Part shown: positions 19,157 through 28,513 of the stretch, piece by piece
How the letters are laid out: each line of letters opens with the position of its first letter
How positions within the stretch are numbered: the first letter of the stretch is position 1
From: a virus
Lineage: Duplodnaviria > Caudoviricetes
Direction: 5' to 3' (one strand)
Virus record (IMG/VR): IMGVR_UViG_2791355224_000001
Location: 20,216 to 84,215 of that record
DNA length: 64,000 nucleotides
Translations under genes and position numbers: made by a program
Notes under the pieces: generated by a model
What the model saw: only the letters and a program-made list of their open reading frames with translations
The model's database searches: none
What the model was told of the DNA's origin: nothing

Positions 19157-19198
19157 CGCAAATCACACGCGCTAATCTCAAAACGGAGGCGATCGTAT

Positions 19199-20071
19199 AT
19201 GAAGACGCAATATAACGAAGTTAAACGCAAAGCAGCGGTGGGCGAGCGTATTAAGATTGTCAAGACATTCATGCCGTGTGGAGAGTACGAAGTAGGTGAT
19301 ATTCTCACGGTTAGCACCGCGCGTTTCCCCGGCAATTGGACGAACGTTGTCTTCGCTGAGGGCGTAGGTGTTGGAATCAGACACAGCGAATACGTCGTTC
19401 TCGAATCTGATCCGCTCTACGATAACTTCCGCCAGTTTGTGCGTGACAATGCGGACGGCCTTCGCAAACTTCTAGCGGAGATAGATAAAGTAGAGCTGAG
19501 AGTGAGCGCAGTACCGGTGTCCAAGCCGTTAACTCGTGCGGAAGTCATCGAGAAGGCGCGTAAGGACGTGGCGGAGTTGATTCGGATTGGTGGCGATATA
19601 TGGACAGACCTGCCGAAGGGAACTCCGTTCCATAATCGCACGTACTACGCTGAGTTCCACGTTAACCGCGAAAAGCGTGCGGTCACAGCGCTTATTTACC
19701 ACGGACGGAATAAACGAAATATGCCCGACGCGAAAGGCATCGCCAAGTGTGCGCCTGGTGACGTATTCCACGCTGAGATCGGCAAGGCAATTGCGCTTAG
19801 AAAGGCGTTGGGGCTGCCGATTCCGACCGAGTATACTGACGCGCCGCAGCCGGATGAGCCGCGAGTGGGTGCGGTTGTTCGCAGAACTACCGGGCGGTGT
19901 ATAGGAGAAAACCGGGTGCTTAAACGAAGAGTTCCGGAAAATGACGGCGGTGAGTACGGAAATCACGCATTTGTAACGGACTTTGGCGGTTGGCTTGCGG
20001 ACAAACAATACGAAGTCATTGACGACACTGACGTTGACTATGGCGCCGTGTCCGCGAAGGAGACTGCGTAG
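19199..20071 (+). CDS. Modular phage protein (SH3-like unit plus GIAKCAP..IALRKALG domain)
   Basis: GGAGG SD before ATG 19199; paralogous to 23467-24849. Confidence 0.75.
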   Translation: MKTQYNEVKRKAAVGERIKIVKTFMPCGEYEVGDILTVSTARFPGNWTNVVFAEGVGVGIRHSEYVVLESDPLYDNFRQFVRDNADGLRKLLAEIDKVELRVSAVPVSKPLTRAEVIEKARKDVAELIRIGGDIWTDLPKGTPFHNRTYYAEFHVNREKRAVTALIYHGRNKRNMPDAKGIAKCAPGDVFHAEIGKAIALRKALGLPIPTEYTDAPQPDEPRVGAVVRRTTGRCIGENRVLKRRVPENDGGEYGNHAFVTDFGGWLADKQYEVIDDTDVDYGAVSAKETA

Positions 20072-20230
20072 ATGAAGATACTTAACGCACTAATTGCGGC
20101 ATATTGGTCGGTTCTGTTTTTCGCGTACATCTTCGGTATCTACGACCCGGACGGTATTATCGTTGGATTCGCACTATTTTTCTGCGCTGTAGTATTCGCT
20201 GACATCGCGTTTGAGGAGGCGCGGGAATGA
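20072..20230 (+). CDS. 52-aa two-TM membrane protein
   Basis: MKILNALIAAYWSVLFFAYIFGIYDPDGIIVGFALFFCAVVFADIAFEEARE; AAGGAG SD; ATGA overlap. Confidence 0.65.
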   Translation: MKILNALIAAYWSVLFFAYIFGIYDPDGIIVGFALFFCAVVFADIAFEEARE

Positions 20231-20382
20231 GCCCCGTTAAAATCGTAGACAAAACGCAGGCTCAACTCATTGCGGACCGACGCGCTGACCGGGCGGAGAT
20301 GCTTGCGGCCGTTGCGGATAGAACGGAGAATGCGCGCAGGCAACTCGGTCTATTAACGGAATTATTCGAAGGAGGACGTAGA

Positions 20383-20949
20383 ATGAACGTACAAATCAAG
20401 CGCCTACATCCGGATGCGGTCGTACCGCGATACGCTAAGCCCGGCGATTCAGGATTTGACCTCGTAGCGGTAGAAGAGGTGGTTATCGCGCCCGGAGAGA
20501 CGAAGGCCGTTCCGACGGGTCTTGCGTTCCAGATCCCCGATGGTTACGAGCTGCAGATACGGCCACGGTCCGGAGTAACGAAGAATACGAAGCTGCGCGT
20601 TCAACTCGGAACCGTTGACTCTGGATATCGCGGTGAGGTTGCGGTGATCGTCGATAACATTGCGCATCCAGAATACGAAATCGACCACTTTGAGAATGAG
20701 CCGTACGAATTGTGGACCGTTAGGCACAACGCACTTCATACGATTGATGGAACCGGATGCTCCCCGCAAGGGAATGTATTAACGGAGGACACTGTGCCAG
20801 TAGGAACGTACATCATCCGCAAAGGCGGCCGCATAGCCCAAGCGGTAATCGCACCGGTCGAGCGCGCCACGTTCCTAGTAGTCGCGGAGTTATCGGAGTC
20901 GGAGCGGGGCGCTGGCGGCTTCGGACATACGGGGGTGAGCGCTGAATGA
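20383..20949 (+). CDS. dut: Trimeric dUTPase (in-frame upstream start at 20227)
   Basis: GDSGFDL, IRPRSG, GTVDSGYRGE, RIAQ, RGAGGFGHTG motifs I-V. Confidence 0.95.
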   Translation: MNVQIKRLHPDAVVPRYAKPGDSGFDLVAVEEVVIAPGETKAVPTGLAFQIPDGYELQIRPRSGVTKNTKLRVQLGTVDSGYRGEVAVIVDNIAHPEYEIDHFENEPYELWTVRHNALHTIDGTGCSPQGNVLTEDTVPVGTYIIRKGGRIAQAVIAPVERATFLVVAELSESERGAGGFGHTGVSAE

Positions 20950-21155
20950 CCGTAATTATTGTAGCAATTGCGTACTATGCGGTGCTTGTTCTCGGATTAA
21001 TCGGACTCATCGCTCTAACCGGCGCGGCCGCCTACGGACTAACTCGTCTTTACGCTTACGTAATCGAGTGCGTACTGGCTGCGAAGAAATTGACGGAGTT
21101 GTTTCGCGCTTTCATGAGGGAGCGCAGGGCTCCGGAAAGGAGAGTGCGTAAATGA
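20946..21155 (+). CDS. Small membrane protein
   Basis: Hydrophobic N-terminal half; ATGA overlap. Confidence 0.65.
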   Translation: MTVIIVAIAYYAVLVLGLIGLIALTGAAAYGLTRLYAYVIECVLAAKKLTELFRAFMRERRAPERRVRK

Positions 21156-21256
21156 CGCAATGGGCGCATGAACATCCGTTTCTAACGTTTTTCATTGTCG
21201 TAATTGGCGTCGGATCAATATGCGAAGCAGTCGCTGCGTTCGCTAAACGAAATTAG
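21152..21256 (+). CDS. 34-aa single-TM peptide
   Basis: MTQWAHEHPFLTFFIVVIGVGSICEAVAAFAKRN; AAAGGAG SD. Confidence 0.55.
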   Translation: MTQWAHEHPFLTFFIVVIGVGSICEAVAAFAKRN

Positions 21257-21272
21257 AAAGAGGGCGAAAAAC

Positions 21273-21521
21273 TTGACCGATGCGATCTACGTAATTCTGA
21301 TCGATGAGCGGCCGTATCGGAAAGACGGCGCAATCCGGACGTATAAAACACGAGAACGCGCTGAGAAAGAGGCGCGGAAAGTCGCCCGCTACTGGTCCTA
21401 TCGGGATTGTACGTTTTCGGTAGCAAGATTTGCGGTAGTTGAGCGGGAGAAAATAGCGGTTGAGCCCTACAAAGACCGCGCGGTCCCCGCACCGTATTCA
21501 ATTTCGAAGGAGGACGCCTAA
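21273..21521 (+). CDS. Hypothetical protein
   Basis: AGAGGG SD before TTG 21273. Confidence 0.6.
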   Translation: MTDAIYVILIDERPYRKDGAIRTYKTRERAEKEARKVARYWSYRDCTFSVARFAVVEREKIAVEPYKDRAVPAPYSISKEDA

Positions 21522-21748
21522 TGAGCGCTGAAATCATTTCGTTTCCTAACAAGGTCGCCGATGTACTCGAAGAAGCCGCAGTCATGGCGCGACGTGGAGA
21601 AATCACTGGCGTAGTGATTGGCGCTATGTTAGCGGGTGGCGACACGTTAACTGCTCACAGTGGCGTTAACTTCCGTGAGCGAGGCGTGCTTATAACGGAT
21701 CTGAACGATAAGCGGACGCTCGATTTTATTGACGTAAATTTCGAATAA
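21521..21748 (+). CDS. Hypothetical protein
   Basis: AAGGAGG SD; TAATG overlap. Confidence 0.7.
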   Translation: MSAEIISFPNKVADVLEEAAVMARRGEITGVVIGAMLAGGDTLTAHSGVNFRERGVLITDLNDKRTLDFIDVNFE

Positions 21749-21760
21749 GGAGGCGTTATC

Positions 21761-22621
21761 TTGGCGCAATTAAGCGGAGTAAAGACGATAAGCAGTACGG
21801 AGATTGAGTACGGAGGTAAGCGGTACGTAAAGACGGAAGGGTTTGGCGAGCCCGGAGATATTGTACGGAGTGATTGGGATTATTCGTATCTACCGCAGGG
21901 GACGTTTTACCTCGTCGGCGCGGAAGGTAGTTTCGCTGACTTGGACGGTGACGTGTACGAAGTAGACACGGAGATGGACGATGAAATCACATTATTCCGC
22001 AAAGTCACCGGAAAAGACGGAAGAAAAGCGGAAGTTATTAATCGAGGAAGAGTCTATACAACGTATAAACGGTTTGCGGAGAAGCACGGATATCCGGACG
22101 CTGCGGTAAATAGCGATAGCACAGATAGCCGCAAGGCTATGAAAAACGGGGATATTGTCACGCTTCTGACGAGAGGAACCCATGAAAATCCTAGCTGGGG
22201 AACGCTATGGATCGTAGAGACTGCGGAAGGCGAGCGTTTTATCATCAACGAAGGAGGATTACGTATTCTTCCTTCTACTTCGGAAATCATCGCTCAAAAA
22301 CGTACCGAACTCGCGGCTCTAACCGCTGAGATCACGGCCCTCGAAACGCAACTTGCCGAGGAACAAGCGCTCAAAGTTGGCGACTGGGCGCGCGTTGTCA
22401 GCCGCACGTATAACGAAGAGTTCCATCACGGTGATATTGTTCGCGTAATTACTGTGGATAGCTCGGACATCCCTTATCAGGTCGAGTCAGCCGGAGGAAT
22501 GACGGATTGGGCTTGTAGCACCTCGCTCGAAAAGATCACGCCAGCCGATGCACGCGCAGCCCTTATCGCCAGCATAGACGAGTTGTTCGGCGGGGAGGAG
22601 GCGGTTGCATCAGCGGCTTAA
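21761..22621 (+). CDS. Protein with SH3/KOW-like modules and coiled coil
   Basis: LKVGDWARVV...GDIVRVITVDSSDIPYQV resembles a module of 12136-13377. Confidence 0.75.
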   Translation: MAQLSGVKTISSTEIEYGGKRYVKTEGFGEPGDIVRSDWDYSYLPQGTFYLVGAEGSFADLDGDVYEVDTEMDDEITLFRKVTGKDGRKAEVINRGRVYTTYKRFAEKHGYPDAAVNSDSTDSRKAMKNGDIVTLLTRGTHENPSWGTLWIVETAEGERFIINEGGLRILPSTSEIIAQKRTELAALTAEITALETQLAEEQALKVGDWARVVSRTYNEEFHHGDIVRVITVDSSDIPYQVESAGGMTDWACSTSLEKITPADARAALIASIDELFGGEEAVASAA

Positions 22622-23073
22622 TACACGTAGTAGTATCGCTTATTATCGCACTGTCCGGGATTAACGGAATTCCGCCTAATATGAACGTTAAGCCTGCGCA
22701 AGTATCTTCGGAGTCAACAGGCAAGGCTCCGAAGGCACAAACGCAGGTATCCGCTAAGTCTTCGCCAAAAGACGTGAAAAAGCGGACAGCAAAAATATAC
22801 GCGGTTACAGCGTACTCTGTCGGCGATGACTACACGCCAAGTACCGGCATTACCGCGTCGGGTAAACCGGTCGAAGAAGGCGTGACGGCCGCGTGTCCGA
22901 AGGAACTGCCGTTCGGGACTAAACTGCGGATTGAGGGCGTCGGCGATCGAGTATGTACGGACGGGGGAGGACGAATTAAAGGGCGTAAGATTGACGTTTA
23001 CATTCCGAAAGTTAAGGACGCCCTGATTTTCGGTAAGAAGAAGTTACGCGTGGAGATACGCGCCGGGGAGTAG
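22609..23073 (+). CDS. 3D-domain (MltA-like) cell-wall hydrolase with N-terminal signal/anchor (probable ATC start)
   Basis: VTAYS, GITASG, LPFGTK, DGGGRIKGRKIDVY; the hydrophobic leader LIHVVVSLIIALSG exists only if ATC 22609 is used. Confidence 0.8.
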   Translation: MSGLIHVVVSLIIALSGINGIPPNMNVKPAQVSSESTGKAPKAQTQVSAKSSPKDVKKRTAKIYAVTAYSVGDDYTPSTGITASGKPVEEGVTAACPKELPFGTKLRIEGVGDRVCTDGGGRIKGRKIDVYIPKVKDALIFGKKKLRVEIRAGE

Positions 23074-23416
23074 GAGCACTTGACTTGCGTTTTTCTTCTA
23101 TTAACAAATCTACGACTCCACGTTCATGAATAACTCTCCTGGTAGCAGTTGATGCGATTAGGGCGCCAACTCCTATTACGAGAAGTAGAACCATCAGCCC
23201 GGTAACCTTTATCTCTGGCGGAATAATGGCATTAGTGATGATGGCAATCGACACAGTAAACATGATTCCAGTAAGCGCGAATTGCTTATTGTTCTCCTCA
23301 GCAGCGAGCAGATTTAGTCTTAATAGTTCTAGCTCTTCAAGGGTGTAAGAAGAGAAGTTATCTTTTAACTTCTTTAATTTCCTCAGTGTCTTTCTGTCCA
23401 AAAACAAAACTACCAA
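23012..23416 (-). CDS. Two-TM membrane protein (moron)
   Basis: Opposite strand, AT-rich, two hydrophobic helices; overlaps the 3' end of the 3D gene. Confidence 0.65.
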   Translation of the reverse strand: MVVLFLDRKTLRKLKKLKDNFSSYTLEELELLRLNLLAAEENNKQFALTGIMFTVSIAIITNAIIPPEIKVTGLMVLLLVIGVGALIASTATRRVIHERGVVDLLIEEKRKSSAPTPRRVSPRVTSSYRKSGRP

Positions 23417-23466
23417 CCACCAATCTTCTTTTCTAACTATATCGGAAAATATTAGGAGGAATTTGA

Positions 23467-24849
23467 ATGACTTTAAATTTTACTGTATTAACCGACGAAC
23501 TCGGCCTGCAGCGTGAATATCGCGAGGTTAAGCGTAAGGCGGCCGAGGGGGAACGGATTAAGAATCTTCGCGCTAGAACCGACTACCCCAGAGGCACTAT
23601 AGCGGAAGTCCTCCGACTGGACATCTCCGGGGATGCGGTGACTAAAGATTTAGTAGGGGCTACGCGCTACTCCGATGACGAGTCGTACGTAGTCCTCGAA
23701 CCGACCGACATTATCCGTATCGGCGACGTCAGATACCGCTTGGTCAATCGGCCGGCTGCGGTGGGCGAGCGTGTTGTTATCACGAAGGTAGACGCTGATT
23801 ATTGGGCGTTCTCGCTCGGCAATGTCGGGATAATGAAAGATGGCGGTTGGATCGATTTTAACGGACAGGGGAACGTCGGATATGACGCTGAAGACGGCGT
23901 ATGGAGAACCGGAATAGTGAACGGAAACTCACAGTACAAAGTACTCGAACCGGTAGATTCCGCTTCGACAACGCTGCTCTCCACGAAGCCAGCAACGGAA
24001 CAAGTCGCGGAGAACATTGCGTCATTGGCCGCCCGCTTTCAGACGCTTGAGGAAACGGTCCGCAATCAAGCGGATAAACTCCGTGTCGCACGCCTGGACA
24101 TCGCCCTCATTAACGAAGGCTTTGCGGACGAGCTGGCGGCATTGAAAGAGCGTATCGAAGCGCTTGAGCTCGCAAGTAAGCCGAAACATGTCGGCATCGG
24201 CGGTCTAACCGGATCAATCGAAGCTCTAGCGAAAGATCTATGTAAATTCGGTAACACGGAAAAGACCCCGCAGCAGCTCCGTGACGAGATCGTTGAGCAT
24301 GCGAAGACTGACGTTAAGGCGCTGTTATCCGGAAAGCTGTATAACGTACCTATTTGCCACAGTCCCGGTTCCAAGGCAATTTACGATCCGGACGGATACG
24401 ACTCGGTTGAGTTCGTTATTAATCGAGATAAAAGGACTGTAGTTGCGCTAATTAGTTCGTCATTCCTGGGAAAGACGATTTGGGCGAGAGGAATCGCTAA
24501 AAGCGCACCAAACAACGTATTCAACGCACATATCGGTATGGCAATCGCGCTGCGCCGTGTGCTGGGACTCCAAGTGCCTGCGGAATATCTGAGCGTGCCG
24601 AATCCGACGGAGGTTCGCGTGGGGGATATCGTAGCATTCGATAACCGAGGCGGTGAGCGCTTGGTAATGCCGGTGACTGAGGTAGAGGGAAAGAAACTCC
24701 GCGGCACCGTCAGCGGTATTTCCGGATTTGTTTACCTTGACGCTGCCGAACGGCATGGGGCGCCTTGTACGAATCCGAAAGTGATCGACGACTCACGCAT
24801 GAGCGAAGTTGAGGACAGCGCCGGATCACGGAAGGAGGTGGCTGCTTGA
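23467..24849 (+). CDS. Modular phage protein (two SH3-like units, coiled coil, GIAKSAP..IALRRVLG domain)
   Basis: AGGAGG SD; paralogous to 19199-20071. Confidence 0.75.
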   Translation: MTLNFTVLTDELGLQREYREVKRKAAEGERIKNLRARTDYPRGTIAEVLRLDISGDAVTKDLVGATRYSDDESYVVLEPTDIIRIGDVRYRLVNRPAAVGERVVITKVDADYWAFSLGNVGIMKDGGWIDFNGQGNVGYDAEDGVWRTGIVNGNSQYKVLEPVDSASTTLLSTKPATEQVAENIASLAARFQTLEETVRNQADKLRVARLDIALINEGFADELAALKERIEALELASKPKHVGIGGLTGSIEALAKDLCKFGNTEKTPQQLRDEIVEHAKTDVKALLSGKLYNVPICHSPGSKAIYDPDGYDSVEFVINRDKRTVVALISSSFLGKTIWARGIAKSAPNNVFNAHIGMAIALRRVLGLQVPAEYLSVPNPTEVRVGDIVAFDNRGGERLVMPVTEVEGKKLRGTVSGISGFVYLDAAERHGAPCTNPKVIDDSRMSEVEDSAGSRKEVAA

Positions 24850-25067
24850 TGGCTCAAGCACACGCAGTGTACGTTCTCTACTACGAAGGCGCACCATACG
24901 AATACACCAAGCGTGCAGCCTACTACACAGAAGGAATGGCGAATGCGGCCGTAACGCGTGCCGTCGATGACTTCGCTGGTTGGCGTGCTAGTGACGAGAG
25001 AAAGGCGGAGTTTCGCGTTAAGTTTTCGGTCGAGAAATATGTCAAATCGGAGGTGGCCGCGGAATGA
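24846..25067 (+). CDS. Hypothetical protein
   Basis: AAGGAGGTG SD; coupled. Confidence 0.7.
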   Translation: MMAQAHAVYVLYYEGAPYEYTKRAAYYTEGMANAAVTRAVDDFAGWRASDERKAEFRVKFSVEKYVKSEVAAE

Positions 25068-25408
25068 CGATAGTATTTACATGGATCGGCTTCACCTGCG
25101 CGACGCTCGTTGTCCTCGCGCTGACTTACACAGCGGTCGTGTACCTCGCATACTTCGCAGTGATTAAGACAAACGTTCTTTCCAAGGTGCTCCGCGTCTT
25201 CTGGCGTTTTTACAGGACGCTGCCTGATTCGAAGTTTGGCCGCAACGTGCGCTATTGGGCGTTGATTTACGATACGGATACGAATACTTTTGCGCACGCC
25301 AAGGCGCTAAACCGTGAATTTCAAACGGAGGCTGAGTTCGAGGCAATGCGTGAAAAGTGGCGGCAACAGAATACGCGAAAGAGAGGCGATAAAGTTGACG
25401 CTGCCTAA
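25064..25408 (+). CDS. Membrane-anchored hypothetical protein
   Basis: N-terminal TM; GGAGGTG SD. Confidence 0.7.
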   Translation: MTIVFTWIGFTCATLVVLALTYTAVVYLAYFAVIKTNVLSKVLRVFWRFYRTLPDSKFGRNVRYWALIYDTDTNTFAHAKALNREFQTEAEFEAMREKWRQQNTRKRGDKVDAA

Positions 25409-25958
25409 CATTGGTCTCATTGGTCGTCTCCGAGCAGGGAAGGACGTTGTTGCTGCTTATCTCGCGGACAAGTGCGGATACACGCGCTTTGCTTTCGGCG
25501 ACCCGTTAAAAGACGATTTCCACCGCCGATATCCCGAGATTCCGCGCGAACCGAAACCTCGCGCTGGCTACCAATTTCACGGACAGTTCATGCGTGAGCA
25601 CGTTTCGGAGGATATATGGATCACGAGCTGCCTTGCGGAAGTAAAGCGCCAGTATTACGGTAGCTTTGATTTTCGCGCCGTCATCTCTGACGTTCGCCAG
25701 CCAAACGAGTACGGGCGCCTAAACGCTGAGGGTTACGTCCTTATCCGCGTAGAGTGTCCGGACGCAATTCGCATCGATCGCGCTATTAAGTCCGGCGACA
25801 GCTTCGCTTATGCGGACCTCATGCACGGAACGGAAACGGCGCTAGATGGATACGCTACGGACTTTACCGTTGTGAATGACGCAGGCCTGCCGGAGCTGTA
25901 CGCGCAGATTGACGAGATAATGCGTTATCTATCGCTAGGAAGGCGTGAGGCCGTTTGA
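25395..25958 (+). CDS. Deoxynucleoside monophosphate kinase
   Basis: IGLIGRLRAGKD P-loop, AFGDPLK, ISDVRQPNE, HGTETALD. Confidence 0.85.
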   Translation: MTLPNIGLIGRLRAGKDVVAAYLADKCGYTRFAFGDPLKDDFHRRYPEIPREPKPRAGYQFHGQFMREHVSEDIWITSCLAEVKRQYYGSFDFRAVISDVRQPNEYGRLNAEGYVLIRVECPDAIRIDRAIKSGDSFAYADLMHGTETALDGYATDFTVVNDAGLPELYAQIDEIMRYLSLGRREAV

Positions 25959-26158
25959 TCCACACATCCGCAGAACTAAACGCACGTGTTGCGGAGGCGT
26001 ACGACCGGGGCTTTGCGATGGGCAAGCGGTTGGGCTATTGGGCCGGGTATGCGGACGCAGTGAAGGGAGGCGCTGACTTATCGGAAAAGCATCACGCGCA
26101 AGATGGGACGGAAACGTCCGAAGCATGGCGATCATCGCAAAGCCACGCGAACAAATAA
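25955..26158 (+). CDS. Hypothetical small protein
   Basis: TTGA overlap; operon position. Confidence 0.55.
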   Translation: MIHTSAELNARVAEAYDRGFAMGKRLGYWAGYADAVKGGADLSEKHHAQDGTETSEAWRSSQSHANK

Positions 26159-27408
26159 CGGCGGAGGACCTCGACTTTCTCCGCCAGAACTACACGTCAA
26201 CAGGCGGGCTCTTACCGAATGCATACGCAGGCGGTGCCTTTTACACGCCGACACACGTTGCCCGCTTCATTATCGAAGCATTGCGCGGTCTCTCCGACGG
26301 TAAGTTCCCGGTTGGCTCAAGTTTTCTCGAACCGTCGGCAGGCAGCGGCGTATTCATCGAACACCTGCCGGAAGACGCGGAGGTCACTGCGCTCGAACTC
26401 GATGAGACAAGCGCAAAGGTTACGTCGCTCCTATATCCGAACGCTAACGTAATCCAGGGCGATGCGTTCCGGTTCGACCGTCGTGATTACTACGATTACG
26501 TAATCGGAAACCCTCCGTACGGCGTTAGTATCGATATCGCGGCCGAAGACGTACCGGACGAGTTCGTGACGTTGACGAAAAAGAAAGGCGGCCGACTCGG
26601 CGGCAAGTCAGAGTGTGCGTTCATCGAACTTGCGATTAAAGCGGTCAAGCCCGGCGGTTATATTGCGTTCGTGCTTCCTCTGGGTCTGAATTACGCTAAT
26701 TATGCGGAGAAAGTGCGCCAGCTATTGTACCAAGCGTGTTGGCACGTAGCGACTGTAATGTTGCCGGGCGAGACGTTCGCGCTAACTGGTACAACGATTC
26801 CAACGCAAATTTTAATCGTGCGGAAAGCGCCGCCAGGAACTCCGCTCATTCCGTCTGCAGAGAAGCGGTGGGGATCGAATTTCCGCAGTGATTACGGAGA
26901 TATAGCCGACTTTGGTGCCAAATTTCTAGCGGGGCAACCTCCGGCCTACTTCGCGAAAATAACGGATATCGGCTACGACAAAGACGGTAAATCAACCGAT
27001 AAATGGGGCGACGGACTCACGCAACTGGACGAATTGCTCGAAGACTTTACGGACGATTACCTGGTGCGCTCGAATTTGTATCCGCATATTCCGTCGTGGC
27101 ACAGTCTCAAGGACGTCAGCACGTTCATGTTTTCTCACGGTAACGATACCTGTGACGGGCACCAAATCGCAAGCAAAACATACTCAGACGGGCCTTACCG
27201 TTGGAATGAACTGACACTAGGCGCCGGCAAGGAAATCGAATGGCGCGGTAAAGGCGGAGCTGAGCTGGTTAGTACGTTTGACTTCGGCTGGCAGGATCGG
27301 ATTGTAGCGGACTATTACGTAGAACTTGCGCAACAGGGACAAGAGAAACAGGCAATCTCTCGTCCGGCGGAGACAAGCGCGAGTTCAACCATTAAGGAGG
27401 CCGCATAA
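26125..27408 (+). CDS. N6-adenine DNA methyltransferase (gamma-type motif order)
   Basis: FYTP, FLEPSAGSG (motif I), IGNPPY (motif IV). Confidence 0.9.
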   Translation: MAIIAKPREQITAEDLDFLRQNYTSTGGLLPNAYAGGAFYTPTHVARFIIEALRGLSDGKFPVGSSFLEPSAGSGVFIEHLPEDAEVTALELDETSAKVTSLLYPNANVIQGDAFRFDRRDYYDYVIGNPPYGVSIDIAAEDVPDEFVTLTKKKGGRLGGKSECAFIELAIKAVKPGGYIAFVLPLGLNYANYAEKVRQLLYQACWHVATVMLPGETFALTGTTIPTQILIVRKAPPGTPLIPSAEKRWGSNFRSDYGDIADFGAKFLAGQPPAYFAKITDIGYDKDGKSTDKWGDGLTQLDELLEDFTDDYLVRSNLYPHIPSWHSLKDVSTFMFSHGNDTCDGHQIASKTYSDGPYRWNELTLGAGKEIEWRGKGGAELVSTFDFGWQDRIVADYYVELAQQGQEKQAISRPAETSASSTIKEAA

Positions 27409-27565
27409 TGCACTACTTTGACCGCTTCCATCCGCTAGGTTCTTCACGATGAGCCGCAATCTATACGCATCTGCACACAGGCTGGCCGTGAGATCTACAT
27501 TTGCAAGTCGCCCGCCGAGTTAGAGACCGGATTGGAGGCCTACAGATGGCATCATGAAATACCTG

Positions 27566-27808
27566 TTAACACGGCGGCATATTGATTCCGCAGTTAGAGC
27601 CCGTAGGGGACCATCCCCCATTACTAATGCAAATATGACATTTGTTATTTATGCATAATTTTGAACCTGGGGAATATTCAGTACCCGCATATACACAATT
27701 TGTAAGTAAAGGTTGGCCTTCGCTTTTCTGTGCTGTAAACGTTGAAATTACTATTACCAGAAGAATAAACAACACAAGTATTACTCCATTGTTTGTAGAA
27801 TTACCCAA
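27566..27808 (-). CDS. YjcZ/SscA-like TM peptide fused to a Cys-rich domain (moron)
   Basis: VLFILLVIV then CVYAGTEYSPGSKLC...CHIC...W...C; AAAGGAGG SD; AT-rich. Confidence 0.75.
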   Translation of the reverse strand: MGNSTNNGVILVLFILLVIVISTFTAQKSEGQPLLTNCVYAGTEYSPGSKLCINNKCHICISNGGWSPTGSNCGINMPPC

Positions 27809-27838
27809 TCAAATTCCTCCTTTTGTTAAACAACAATT

Positions 27839-27869
27839 CATCTTATGCCTACGAGATACTTGTGTATGG
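27839..27869 (-). promoter_or_regulatory. Putative mother-cell (SigK/SigE-type) promoter
   Basis: Minus strand AC-N16-CATAAGATG upstream of the YjcZ-like gene. Confidence 0.45.
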
Positions 27870-28114
27870 ATGAGTGTCTATGCCCAAGTTAAAAAATGTG
27901 AAGGTTGCTGTGCCCACGCGATGTGCCGCCGTAATCAAAAGCGGGGAACAATCAATGAGGACGGAGACCTCACGAAACTTATTCGCAAATATCAATCTAT
28001 GAAAAATTCAGAATAGAAACCGCATCTATATCGACGCTATTACGTGCGGACTTATTCACATAACGTAAAGCGCCCGATATCTGCGGAACTTACACGAAAA
28101 AGGAGCGGATTACT

Positions 28115-28513
28115 ATCGGACACGTCAAGAGGGATATCCACGCATCTGAACGGAGATACACGGTAACATACGCACTTAACGACGTGGCTGGCGTTAAGAA
28201 ACTATTACGTGACCGCCACGCAATTTCAGCCGCTAGATTCACGGGCGATACGGCTGCCAGCGATATTCTTATCGATTTGAACAGCGCAATCAATTCGGCA
28301 GGCTTATCCGAGCGTCAAACGGAGGCCGTTGCGTTAGTATCCGGTTTTGACCTTACGCAGAAGGAAGCGGCCGCTGTTATGGGAAACTCACGCGAAGCCG
28401 TCGCTAAATTGTACGAAGAGGCTGCGGTTAAGATAGCGGAAGTGTACAAGCGGTGGGAGTACGGGGAAGTTACGGCTGAGTACGAACTTGAAACGGAAGA
28501 GGAGGCGGCCTGA
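28115..28513 (+). CDS. Sigma-70 region 4-like HTH regulator (probable ATC start)
   Basis: LSERQTEAV...LTQKEAAAVMGNSREAV; AAAGGAG precedes in-frame ATC 28115. Confidence 0.8.
   Translation: MGHVKRDIHASERRYTVTYALNDVAGVKKLLRDRHAISAARFTGDTAASDILIDLNSAINSAGLSERQTEAVALVSGFDLTQKEAAAVMGNSREAVAKLYEEAAVKIAEVYKRWEYGEVTAEYELETEEEAA

Noticed and set aside
27408-27565. Short ORF after the methyltransferase
   Set aside because: SD and ATG are present but it stops after 14 codons; probably a remnant damaged by the moron insertion, too degraded to call.
28043-28075. GTGCGG as a fourth copy of the promoter-like motif
   Set aside because: No TTCTAT block at the 14-nt spacing.
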